From the human T2T-CHM13v2.0 reference genome, Homo sapiens: a stretch of 64,000 nucleotides of DNA. Under the pieces are notes generated by a model, which saw nothing but the letters and a program-made list of their open reading frames with translations, was not told where the DNA came from and made no database searches. The first letter of the stretch is position 1. Each line of letters begins with the position of its first letter. The stretch is from assembly GCF_009914755.1 (NCBI RefSeq), contig NC_060926.1; one strand, given 5' to 3'. The position numbers were made by a program, and so were the translations under genes. Shown piece after piece: positions 23,215 to 34,444 of this stretch.

Positions 23215-23894
23215 TATTTTCATTCTTTATTGCTGCATAACAACTACCCCAAAACATTGTGGCTTAAAGCACCCATTATTTTGTTATCTTTCATGATTCT
23301 GCGGGTTGACTGGGCTTAGCTGGGCAGTCCTTCTGTGCCCATATGAAGTCAGCTTGGGCTGCAATCACCTGGGGATTTAGCTGGGCTCCTGGGTCGGTTC
23401 TGTTCAAGATGGCTCAATCACACGGCTGCACTACATGTGGTCTCCGTGTGACACATGGTTGGGTTCCAGTAAGATGTGTCCCAGGAGTGACCATTCCAAA
23501 AGTCCCAGGCAGAAGTTGCAAGACTTCTTATGGCCTAGCCCCAGAAGTAGGACAGCAACATTTCCACAGCATTGCTCAAGAAAACCACTAAAGCCAGTGC
23601 AGAATCAACAGTCTGCACCCCGTCTCTACTAAAAATACAAAAAATTAGCCGGGCGAGGTGGCGGGCGCCTGTAGTCCCAGCTACTCAGGAGGCTGAAGCG
23701 GGAGGATGGCGTGAACCTGGGAGGCGGAGTTTGCAGTGAGCTGAGATCGCGCCACTGCACTCCAGCCTGGGTGACAGAGCAAGACTCTGTCTCAAAAAAA
23801 AAGAGTCTGTGTATTCCACCGCTAGATATCTGGAGTAGCAGGTGTGTCCAGGGAAGGAATTAATGGCGGCAGCTTGGGAAGTCTGTCTACTATG
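23215..23894 (-). mobile_element. MLT1 (MLT1H-like) MaLR solo LTR, interrupted by AluY
   Basis: TATTGCTGCATAACAACTACCCCAAAAC...GGCTTAAA...CATGATTCTGCGGGTTGACTGGGCT...CAAGATGGCT...GGCAGAAGTTGCAAGACTTCTTATGGCCTAG. Confidence 0.75.
23617..23800 (+). mobile_element. 5'-truncated AluY-like element
   Basis: Starts at ACCCCGTCTCTACTAAAAATAC; AluY diagnostics GGCGGGCGCC and ATGGCGTGAACC; A tail; TSD AACAGTCTGC (23607-23616) / AAGAGTCTGT (23801-23810). Confidence 0.92.
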
Positions 23895-24051
23895 TACACT
23901 ACACTGACAAATGCAAAAGCGCACATATACTGTTTTGTTATTTTCGCTTTCTCTCTTCTCCCTGGATGGTTGGGAAACTAAGTCTTGTCAATTAACATCT
24001 TTGTCTGTTCCAGCTTAAGAGTATCTTTTCAGTTCGAATATTAAAACTGAA

Positions 24052-24262
24052 TTTCTTTTTTTAGATGGGGTCACTCTGGCCCCCCGAGTGGGAGTGCAGT
24101 GGTGCATTCACAGCTCATGGCAGCCTTGACATCCTGAGGGTTAAGGTGATCCTTCCACCTCAGCCTCCTGAGTAGCTGGGACTATAGGCGTGCGCCACCA
24201 TGCCCAGCTAATATTTTGTATTTTTTGTAGGGGTGGGTTTTTGCCATATTGCCTAGGCTAGT
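24052..24262 (-). mobile_element. Partial AluJ
   Basis: GGAGTGCAGTGG...ACAGCTCA..GCAGCCTTGAC...GATCCTTCCACCTCAGCCTCC (J-type diagnostics); left arm truncated. Confidence 0.85.
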
Positions 24263-25599
24263 GAATATTCAATTTAAACTAAGTTAAATTATCTAATAGA
24301 GCTGGTTTGAGTAGCTTCTTTTGGATAACTTGCAGTCCACCTTCCTTCTTTTCTTTTCAAGATGGCCTCTGGGGATGCCCTGATGTCCTGTGGCAGCAGG
24401 AGGGTGGGTGATACGGGGATGGGGGTTGGCCTGCTCTCCCACTTTTCCAGTAAAGAAAGGCTGGGCCAGATCTGTGACTGTTAAGGCAGCACTGGTCCAT
24501 CTGGCCTTAGGGGATGCAGTGGGACCCAATTCTGGAATCCCTAGCCCAGGCCACTTGGTTTTGATCTTGACATCTCCACCGATACAGACCTTTGTCCTGT
24601 CTCTCCATGTACCCCTACTGTGGCATGTCAGAGCTCCTGGGTCTGTGTTCTACCTGTCCTTCCCCACTGCCTGCCACTGTACACCCTCACCATTGCTCCC
24701 ACACCAAGTTGGACCCCTTGGCCGGAGTTATCCAAGGATATCTGGAGCAACGGATGGTCTGGAGGGTCACAGGCTCCCCCGTGTTAAGCTGAATTTATCT
24801 ACATCTTTCCCACCTCACCCCTCCTTGAGGTGTGGCTCCCAGATCATTGGTACCTGCCTGATTTCTTCTCTCTAGCTCTGTTCCCCTCTGCCACTTACAG
24901 TCCCCAGCCCATTGGAACAGTAGTCAGGCTTTGCAGGCTCCTTGCAGGATGTGCCTCTGCCCTGCAACAGCTCTGCTTAGAGCCTAGCAGGCACAGGTGG
25001 AAGGTGCATCCTCTCTACACCGTGGAAGAGATAATGATTACATCCTCTGGACTTGGCCCTAGATATATTAAATAAATGCCAGAGAAATTTAGAAAACTTT
25101 CTTGGCAATGTCTAGCAGTCAAGATTCATGTCTCTTAAAAAAACTTTTTAAAAAGCCTATTTTGGTAACAAATTGAACAATCCTTTTTTCTCTCTGAGTT
25201 CTTGTTTTAACAATCTTAATACTCTAGCCCTATTACCAATAACCTCTCCCATGGTCACCCTACCAGCCAGAGTATCTGCCACTGGCTGACATGGAAGACA
25301 ATTATTTCGAGGAAATGCACAGTGAAAAAAACACAGTAATATATTTCCAACAAAACAAAACAAACCTCAAGTTCCCTAACTAGTAGCTACAATTGTGATG
25401 ACCATTGTCCCCACCCAGATCATTCATTTATTGGTGGCAGGGGCCAGTTCTGGTTACTTTGACGTTAACCTGCCATGTGACTTCAGCAAGTCACCAGCAG
25501 TAGGTGGCGTTCTGCCAAGGTTTCCACCACATCTCTAAGGCCCCTTCCAGCCTAAGTCTCCTTCTAGTGACAACCTGTGGACAGTGGGTGAGAAAATGC

Positions 25600-25780
25600 A
25601 AGCTGCTGACCAGCTGACACTGAGCAGATCTCTTAGTTATTGACTGACCATTTATCCAACCAAGGTTTCCAAGGACTGGGACATTGTCTTTTTCACCACT
25701 GTATCCCCTGCAGCTAAAACAGGGCCTGGAGAATGGTATACATTCAATAAATAAATATTTATTAGATATTGAGTGACTGC
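25600..25780 (+). mobile_element. L2 3' end
   Basis: GGGACATTGTCTTTTTCACCACTGTATCCCC...ACAGGGCCTGG...TCAATAAAT...ATTTATT. Confidence 0.65.
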
Positions 25781-25829
25781 TGACTCCTTCCCACTGGTCC
25801 TCCCCAGACACCTGTCCCACGTGTGATGT

Positions 25830-26408
25830 TTATCAGGTATCAGAATGCAATATCCCCAAATATGGTACCTTGGCATACTGAATATTTTAAGGTGAAGGAA
25901 ATTGAGAAGATCACAGAAGCAATAAGGTCACTCTGATCTTCTTCCTGCTTCTTCTCTCCTGAAGTGGGTCATAGAGACTAGAATTCCCCTCACCCTTTCT
26001 TCCTTAAAGCAACTAATAAAACCTAAGAATGTCACTCTCTGACCTTGTCCCTCCTTTCTCCCTGAAGACTCTCATACAACAGGTATCCTGCTATATACCT
26101 AGAGGGAAGGAATGTCACACAGAAGCCAAGAAGAATCAGACTAAACAGGGCTTGCTAAGTTCCTCCCTGTTTATTATTATTAAGTCATAACCTTTTGTCC
26201 TCTGATTGTATTTCTGCATGACTGTCCATAAAAATACATGGTTTTCCCTAGGTCTTTGGGTCTTCATTTCTGAAGCCTCCCATGTCATGTAAAATTTATA
26301 TGAAGTAAATTTGTATTATTTTCTCCTGTTAATCTGTCTCCTGTTATAGGAGTCCCAGCCATCAGCCTTGCAGTGACTGACGGAAAGATCTTACTTTTTC
26401 TCCTCTGT
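25830..26408 (+). mobile_element. MER39/MER34-group ERV1 solo LTR
   Basis: CCCCAAATATGGTACCTTGGCATACTGAATATTTTAAG...CTTTGGGTCTTCATTTCTGAAG...TTTTCTCCTGTTAATCTGTC. Confidence 0.75.
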
Positions 26409-27269
26409 CCTTTGTTTCTGCTTTCTGGGTCCTGGCAAGCCCGTGAAGGCTGATGTCTGTGCCCACCTCTTGCTCGCCAGGCTTTTGAGGGAGGGAAATT
26501 CTCAGCGTCCTTGGCCATTCTTTACTGGCTTTCATAGTGAGATGTGTACCTCGTCAGAGCTGAGGGGGTGCCTCTGAGGAAGGTGGCATGTTCTCTGGCT
26601 AATTCAGAGCTTCTCATCAGACAACGGGTCTCTAGGAATGAGGAGCAGACCCTGCTCAGACATTGGGAGCAGCAAGATTCCTAGAATGAGATGGAATGGT
26701 CCACAATATGGAATATGCACTCTAGGCTGATGGTTCACCTCAGGAGGTGGCCTTGGGTGTTCAATACAGGACAGGGAAGTGCCAAAAATGATAGAGGGTG
26801 TCTTGGGGGATGGGATGCAGATAGCTGACATTTCCTATTCTTAATATCTCTCAGCATAAAGCAAAGAACATACAATGTCAGTGGGGGCTCACCTGAGGCC
26901 TGTTAGTTCAGAAGTTCTCTGCATTTTTCAGCCGGCCACACTCTGATAACCTTCAGGAAAGGTATTCTCACATTTGTACCTACAGTTACCTCCTAGGTAA
27001 AGCCAAGCTGGGTCATGGGTTATTTGCTCCCTGCTTACAGCTGGAACGCTCTTCCTTCTTCCACTGGCCTGTGATGGGCCAACATGACAGAACCTTAACA
27101 CTCATTGGGATACCTAGTGCAGCACCTAGCACAGGTGGGCATTTGGGGAATGTTTGTGGAATGAATGAATGAAACAAAGGGCAAGAGGGAGGATGAATGA
27201 GAGGGAGGAAGAGAAGTAAAGGAAAGAGAAAGGAATGGAGAAGAAAGATTATTTCATATTGGTGATACC

Positions 27270-27700
27270 AGTGCTCATTTAGAAGTCTCTAAATTTTTGT
27301 AATAGCAAAAGATTAAAAATAACACCGATGTCCATCTATAGGGTCCTGGCTAATTAACTAACTGTATAATAAGATAAAATGCGCATTTTTTTTTAAAAGC
27401 GGACACTCTTCAGGTTTTGGTATGAAGAAGTTTTCAAGGTACTAAATGTAAAAAGCAAAGTCACTCCGTTTGTGTGTTTAGGGGTGTGTGTGTTTGTGTG
27501 TGTATTAGGCTACTTCTGTGTCAAAAAAGAGAGGAAAAATAAGAATATTTTATATATTTACATGGGTCATATAAACAAACTATGAAAGAGTATACAGGAC
27601 CCTAATAAAAATAGTTGCCATTTTGGGGGAGGTTAGTTGGGGGAAGGAAAGGAGGAAGAAACAGGAGGAAAACTTTTCACTAGCTCTTTAAAATGGTTGT
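27270..27700 (+). mobile_element. Old L1M (L1ME-like) 3' fragment
   Basis: TTTGTAATAGCAAAAGATT...ATGTCCATCTATAGGG...AATAGTTGCC...AAACTTTTCACT; highly decayed. Confidence 0.45.
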
Positions 27701-28964
27701 GCCTGGAAATATATTACTCTTGCCAAGGTTGTAGTTTAAGTCCCTCAAGTCAGGGGAGCATTCTAGTTGAATTTCCTCTATCTAGTGCCCTGTGAAGCAT
27801 GTGACTAGAGCTCTCCCTTGATCATGGCAAAATTGATTTGATAATAGAATCTGATCTTTTTCATTTTAGCCAAATCTAGCTCATCTGAACCATTGCCCTC
27901 CAGTTATAAGGGAGGAAAGAGAGAATGACTCAGCTCAAAGGAACTGCTTAGATATGGTTACAGCATGCTACTTCTCATGGTAAATTATGTTATTGATCGC
28001 CAAATTTGTGAACAGTTTTTACCTATACAAAGTATTCAGTTTTATAAGTAAATGTTTTTAACCATTGAAAGAATTGGTAAAATTCAGGAATGGTTACCTC
28101 TTGCCAGGATTCTTGGAAAGATGGAAAATCGGAAACAAGCATCTGTTTCACTGCTTTTTCTACATTTATGTCTTTATCTTTGAACAAGTACCTACTGAAC
28201 ACCTATTATGGGTGAAGCTTAGATAAAGAAAGTCAGAAACATATGTGGGTATATTGAAACCATTGACATTCCCATAGGGGCTTTTTTTCCTTTTTTGCTA
28301 TGTTTGGGGGGAATGGTTAATTATCATTGCACTATAAATGTATTGGCATAACAAGTGGCTTATATTCTTCACTTTAATAACAATCTGTAATTTCCTGAGT
28401 CATAATAATAAGGCTTTAACATATTAGCTCAGTGAAGACTTGGTCAATGTCTTTACTGAGAAAAATATGTTATGACCTAGCACATGATACCATCCATTAT
28501 AATGTTCTTGGTCAATAATCATAATTTTATTATAATTATTGAAAGCTAGGGTTTCCCCTCTGTGCAGAGTGTTGTAAAGACAGATGCATGAGATTGTGAA
28601 GGATCAAGGTGTTATCCATAATAGTACATTCAGCTGGATTTATGTCCCTCTCCAATTAGAGGACAATCAAGCTCAAATTAATTTAGCTCACAGCTACTAA
28701 TGAGCAACAGCAAAATCAGCTCACTATAAAAAAATTGTTATTGAATTTTATTTTCTCCAACTTGATGAATGTCTATGCACTGCGAGTAATGTGTGTTTGA
28801 GGTCTGGTGGTGAGGGACCTTGAGGGTTGTCTCATCCGCCCCGTTCATGGGCTCTGTGACAGCTCCGTTCCCTGGTGCAACAACATTTAATGAGTTGTTA
28901 GAGGTCCACAGAGATGGGCTTCCTCTGTTAACTGAGCCTTGACAGTGCTTTTGAGTGAATTTTC

Positions 28965-29295
28965 TGGTCTAAACTGCTGATATAAATATAATGCAAACCA
29001 CATACATAATATAAAGTTTTCTAGTAGCCACATTTTAAAAAGTGAAAAAGAAATAGGTGACATTAACTTTAATATATTTTATTTAACTCAATGCAATGTA
29101 TCCAAACTATTATTTCAATGTGTAAACAATATAAAAATATTAATGCAATAGTTTTCATTCTTTCTGTTTTGTAGTAAGTCTTCAAAATCCAGCGTGTATT
29201 TTACATTTATGGTACATCTCCAGTACTCTAGCCTCCTTTCAAATGAACAATAGCCACAAGGGGCTGGTGGCTTCCACATGGCACAGGATGGGTCT
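28965..29295. mobile_element. MER33 (hAT-Charlie) non-autonomous DNA transposon
   Basis: AAATATAATGCAAACCACAT...TTTTCTAGTAGCCACATT...AAGTCTTCAAAATCCAGCGTGTATTTTACA...AATAGCCACA. Confidence 0.8.
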
Positions 29296-30149
29296 AGATT
29301 GAATTTCTTCATTCATAACAAAGCTGCATTTCCCTCTTTGGAGTTTGTAGGTTGAGGCAAGGTGAGCACAGGCTTTGGTTGCTCAATGATGATAAAGAAC
29401 ATACACAACCTATAAGCAGGAGAAGATACTACATTTTCATCTTTACTGTGAGTCTTGCAAGTCATTGGCAAATTTACAGTCTCTGTGAATTGGCTTATGG
29501 TCCCTGTCACCATCCACCTCCCACACTAATAAAGGCAGAATAGATCCTCATAAATATCCTTTTTCCCCATTATCAGAGCTTCACCAATTGTGGCCTCATA
29601 AAAAAAGAAGGTTGTTTATTATTATTATTATTTGTTGACATAAAAAATGCATATTTTTCTGAAGCCTGACTTCCCACTAGTACTGTTGCTTTGACATCAA
29701 ATAGGGCATGAAGCATATTGTCAAATACATGTTTGGGGAATTAGAAGCCATTGAGTGTTTCATCTCTTTGGCAATGTTCCTGAGGAAAGTGCATATTTAA
29801 ATCTAGGAGAATATTTTAATTGTTTAATATTGTAAATGTTTAATAGGAATTCTGAGGCGTAATGCAAGGACTCACTGAACTTGATTACTGCAAAGTAGGA
29901 GATGTGTAATGAGAGTCTGGAGCTCGGGGTTCTCATCACTTGGAGACCCTTATACACTAATGAAATGGGATGCCCAGGATAGGGGCATGGGGGAGTACAT
30001 GAGGAAGAACAGCCGCTGATATTACCACTCCAATGGATGCAGCTACAAACTAGGCTTCTTGCCAGCACACAAGGCCCTCTGATGACACTCTGATAAGCTT
30101 CAGCCTGGCACAATCTCATCATTGCTATTTCCACCCTCTTTCCTCTCAA

Positions 30150-30750
30150 AGTAAATAGGTAGCTATCAGATTCCTGACTGGTCTTTCTGTTTCCAGCCCT
30201 GTCCTCCTCAAGTTCATCCTCTACCCAGCTGTCAGAGAGCTCTGTCTAAAATGCAAATGGGACCCCATCACTCACTGCTAAAAGCACTTCGGTAGCTCCC
30301 CATTGCCCTTGGATTAGAGACCATGCATTTCTTAACAGTAGCCTACAAGCTGTCCTGTGATCTGGCTTCTCTGGATTTCCTTCTCTTCCCTTCCTCTCTT
30401 CTTTCCTTTTTCTGACTTATAATTTATATTCTTACAACTCCGACCCACATTCCTGTAATCATTCCTTTCCTCCCCTCTTTTGGCTTCTTCCCCACCAAAT
30501 TTTAATTTACTTTCTTTATAAGTCATAAGTCAGCCTTTACCTCCTCCAGGAAGCTTCCCCCACTCCACTCCAAGCAAGGCAAATGCCTTTGATACTGCTG
30601 TGGTACTTGCATCAAATATATGCACATCAATCATAATGCCTATTTGTGTAACCATCTGCCATCTGCATAACACCTTGCCTTTCATTTTTGAATCCTTCAT
30701 GCCAAGCTCAGTGCCTGATGCTTAGTAGGTACTCAGTAGATGTCTGCTGG
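30150..30750 (+). mobile_element. L2 fragment
   Basis: TTCCTGACTGGTCT...CTAAAATGCAAAT...CTCCCCATTGCCCTT...CCTCCTCCAGGAAGCTTCCC...AGTGCCTG...TAGTAGGTACTCAGTA. Confidence 0.7.
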
Positions 30751-31241
30751 TGGACTGGCCAGACCCATGATGCAGTGGTTTCTGGGGTTTGGGGAACTGC
30801 CTTTCCTCTCTGTTGGAAGATGAGGCATCACCTCTCATTCAGCTCCTGAGATCAGCCTGGGCACTCATTCCCCTACAAGAGGGAACTGATGATGAGACTA
30901 AGTCTTCAGCCCAATGCCTGCAGTAGGGTCCTCAGAGGCCTCACTGCCTGCCAGGCATGGTGATGAAAGTGTATTGCTTTGGTTCAGTTAGATGAGGTCT
31001 TGGGACCCCACCAGCAATGCAGTGTTTTGAAGGGAGTGGGTAGAGGGAGGATGCCTGAACAGTCAGGAGTTTAATGTCCATCTTGATGGTGATGAGAGTC
31101 ATTGAAGCATTTTTAGCAGAGAGTGGGAGAATCAGGTTTACCTGGACCAAGGCTCTTCCAGCCCAGCCTCAACTGCACGTTTCTGTATTCCTGCAGTTTA
31201 TAAGGGAAGAAATGCAGAGGAAGGGGTCAGAGAGAGGGATC

Positions 31242-31655
31242 TGTGTCAGTTAGAATTGCAATCTGTTGTAAGTAGAAGAAAATTCAAAGAACACTGAGTT
31301 AAAAACAAGATTGGGGGTTATTTCTTTCCCATCTAACAAGAAGCCTGGAAATGGGCTGTTCAGGGCCAGCACAGTGTTTACCCCTTTGCCTCATTGTCTT
31401 AGCACACGGGCTTCGTCCTCATGGTCACAGGATGACTTCGCCTTTCCAATGGGAACAAGGGAGAAGGATGAAGGGTCCAAGGCAAAAGGACAAGCTACTG
31501 AATCTATTTCCTGGACAGCCACCCAGTGGCCTCTGCTTGTGCCTCGGTCACGTGGGCACTGCTAGCTGTAAAGGAGCCTGAGAGACGTTGCCCCAACAAA
31601 CTTGAAGTTCTGTGAATAGCGAAAGAACAAATAGATACTGGGCGGGCAACTGGCA
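31242..31655 (-). mobile_element. Old MLT1 (J/K-like) MaLR LTR
   Basis: TGTGTCAGTTAGAATTGCA...TAACAAGAAGCCTGG...CCTCATGGTCACAGGATG...GGTCACGTGGGCACTGCTAGCTGTAAAGGAG...GGCAACT. Confidence 0.7.
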
Positions 31656-32559
31656 TTAACACCCTGACTTTCCAACATCTTCCTGAGAGTTTGAATTTAT
31701 TTTTTTCCTGGCATTAACACTCTTTGAATTTACCTTGTTTACTAGTTTGTTGGCTTGTGGTGTCTGACCCTAGAACATATGCTCTGTGAGAGGAGGAGCC
31801 TCTTTTCTCTGATTCTGTCCTGCCTGTTTCACCTCTGACTCACACCACAGGGATGGGGGATCCCGCAGCTCCAGGCCTTCAGATCCAGAATGAAAATCCT
31901 CGGCTCCATCCCCCAGAGGGATATTTGGAAGCATCTCTCAAAGAGGTAAGGTATCTCTGGTATTTGGCATACAACCAATTTCACCAGACTGGCTGCCTCT
32001 CCTCCATCTCCGGGATCTTGTTCTTTTTCTTTTCCCCCCCTTATTAAACAAATTAGCCAAGATGACACTGGATACTGATTAGCAATTTGTATAGCAATAA
32101 AAGAAAACTGGCAGAATTCCATTGTTTTGCTCTCCAATTCTTCATTTCCATTTTTAATGTACTGTGTCTTCATTCATTTGATTGGGTTTCCTTTTCTGTG
32201 TATGTCCTTAATGGAACAAAGTGTTCTTCTTCCCCCAACCCCTCCAATAATTGTGAACATTAAAGAGCTGCTTAAATTGTTCAGTCATTTCATTTTATAA
32301 TTTGAGTTGGGAGTATTTATGGCTTTTCCTCCCCTTCCCTTTGTGCTAAATCAATAGTTGCTGTGTAAATGCGACTTAAACTGTAGCATGGAGGCAAGCT
32401 CTTCTACTTCTAGATCCTTCCCTGTGGCCCCGCCGGCTGGGGGATTTGGAGTCCCTATCTGTCAAAGGCCATCCTTAGCCTTCCGGTCAGCCCCACGTTG
32501 TGATATAAATGATCAGCACACACATCCCCTTCTTGAGGGGAGATGCCCTCTCTGGGCTC

Positions 32560-32960
32560 CTATGTTAACCTACTTGTGCTTTCAAACTCATAATTTTTCC
32601 TCTAAAATGATCGCTCATTTATTTGTCTACTGGAGATTCTGGAGGGAAGGGACTTTATCCTATCCATCTCTGCCTCCCTACAGCCCCCTTGAGAGAATGC
32701 TAGACATCAATAGATGCAGGATTTCACTTAATCATCAATTAATGACTGATTGGGAAGAACTGAACAATAACAAAAGCCAAAAGCCAAATGTATTCTCTGT
32801 GATAGGCATTGTTCTTTGTTGCTTTAAAGACGTTAACACATTTAATCTTTACAATTACCGTTTATGAAGCAGGGATTATTATCCTGATTTCATGGAGGAG
32901 GGAAGTAAGCCAGGAAGAGAGATTGAGTAGCTGCTTTAGGGTTACAAGCCCAATATGGGG
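32560..32960. mobile_element. L2 3' end (+, to ~32760) followed by MIR (-, ~32765-32960)
   Basis: TTCTGGAGGGAAGGGACTTTATC...CATCAATA; then CATTTAATCTTTACAA...ATGAAGCAGGGATTATTATCC... Confidence 0.5.
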
Positions 32961-33814
32961 GACAGCAAGATTGGGCCCATAATTTGGCCCTGGGTAGTGT
33001 GAGCATGGAGCCTACCTGCTTAGCCCTTGCAGAGCACAGCCTTCTTGTCTGAGTAGAAGCTGCCATGTATTTATATGACATCTGGGCCAGGAAGCAGAGC
33101 CTCCTTCCCTCTCTCTGACTCAGGAGCCTCCATGTGGGGAAACCATTCCAACCCTGTTGACTCCAGCAACCTTCTGAGAATAGATATAAATGCAAATAGC
33201 AGGAACTGCATTGATGTGGACCTTCCTTAATGCCTGAAAACTGCCTGGAAGCTGCCACAACAGTGTATGCCTCCCCTTGGCATGTGCATGTGGCTACTGG
33301 AAGCCCTGGGGGACGAGGCCCACCCCATACAGGGCAGAGCCCTCTGAAGAGCCTGCTGCAGGTGGCTCTGCCACCACCAACTTACGTAACAAATCACTCC
33401 GAGCCATCTTTACTCTGTAAAATGCAAATGTCTGTAGGTGCTGGAGGCAGCCTGCCAAGAATTCCTGTGGCCAGGAATTTCACAAACCAGACATTACTTT
33501 TTTAAAAGAGAAAAGACTGAAGTTAGGTATTCACCTGTTAAACATTAAGAACTAAGAACATTAAAAAAGGAGAAAAGTAAAATAAAAAAGACCATCTTTT
33601 GTCACCATCGTTTCATAAAAGCATTTTAACTCCCTAAAATATAAGTGGGACTATCTCAGAAAACAATGAACAATCCATTAAATTGAATTCTGATGGTTAA
33701 CAGATGAAAAACTCACACTGTCCTTGTTTTGTTCATCCGTTCAGCTTAGACCTGTGAAAATTCTATTGCCCATCATTGAGGTCCAGTTTTTGGGAAAAAG
33801 TAATGTAGAAAAAA

Positions 33815-34225
33815 AAAAGGAGTCCAATCCTAGCCCTGCCATCCACTGCTTGTGTGACTTTGGGCAATTTAGTTAGCATCTTTGATCTTTGGTTTCTTCC
33901 TCTGTGAATTGGGAGCTGCCTTTCAGTGCTTTTTAAAGATTAAACAAGGATATGAGGGTGATGTGGCTGCAACATCTGTCACCCCACTGATTGCCAGGGT
34001 TGATTTGGCTGATCTGGCTGGCTAGACGGGTGTCCCTTTCCTCCCTCTGCTCCATGTGCATCCCTCCTGAAGCTGCATGCTCCGCTGAAGAGGATGACCT
34101 TCCCCAACAGAGGAGAAATGGTCTTTGGTCAAGGGTATATGAGTAGCCGTGCTCCCCTGCTAGAACCTCCACAAACAAGCTCTCAAGATTAAATGAGGCG
34201 TGTGTGGAGTGCTCAGAACCTGGGG
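33815..34225 (+). mobile_element. MIR hosting the 7SK retrocopy
   Basis: AATCCTAGCCCTGCCA...TGTGTGACTTTGGGCAA...TTTCTTCCTCTGTGAATTGGG; resumes AGATTAAATGAG...GTGCTCAGAAC. Confidence 0.65.
33948..34187 (+). pseudogene. RN7SKP: 7SK snRNA retropseudogene (RN7SKP-type), 3'-truncated at about nt 240, no poly(A) tail
   Basis: GGATATGAGGGTGATGTGGCTGCAACATCTGTCACCCC...GCTGATCTGGCTGGCTAG...GCTCCCCTGCTAGAACCTCC..AAACAAGCTCTCAAG matches the 5' ~240 nt of 7SK with CpG decay; TSD AAGATTAAACAA / AAGATTAAATGA; no PSE/TATA promoter upstream. Confidence 0.95.
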
Positions 34226-34258
34226 GAAGAGTTTGGACTATGCTCAGAATTTTCAGAG

Positions 34259-34444
34259 CAGCAATTCTCAAAATGTGATCCCAGACAGGCAGTATCAGCA
34301 TCACCCAGGAACTTTTGAGAAATGCAAATTATTGGGCCTCACCCCAGACCTGCTGAATCAGAAACTGGGAGTGGAGCCCAGGAATCTGTATTTTAACCAG
34401 CACTCTTGTTGATTCTGATGCATGCTCAAGTTTGAGAACCACCA
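34259..34444. mobile_element. MER5A (hAT-Charlie)
   Basis: CAGCAATTCTCAAA...ATCAGCATCACC...AGAAATGCAAATT...CCCCAGACCTGCTGAATCAGAAACT...AAGTTTGAGAACCAC. Confidence 0.85.

Noticed and set aside
24390-24875. 161-aa ORF (likewise 32358-32867, 50158-50625, 54690-55220)
   Set aside because: No recognisable homology; they appear to overlap L2/LTR-derived sequence, and several use non-ATG starts; lengths expected by chance
33190-33430. Additional ATGCAAAT octamers (also inside L1, L2, MER5A, Tigger)
   Set aside because: The motif is common in AT-rich DNA and built into several repeat consensuses; no supporting cluster here
33948-34187. Functional 7SK gene
   Set aside because: Lacks the 3' ~90 nt, the terminator and the upstream type-3 Pol III promoter; CpGs decayed; flanked by a TSD
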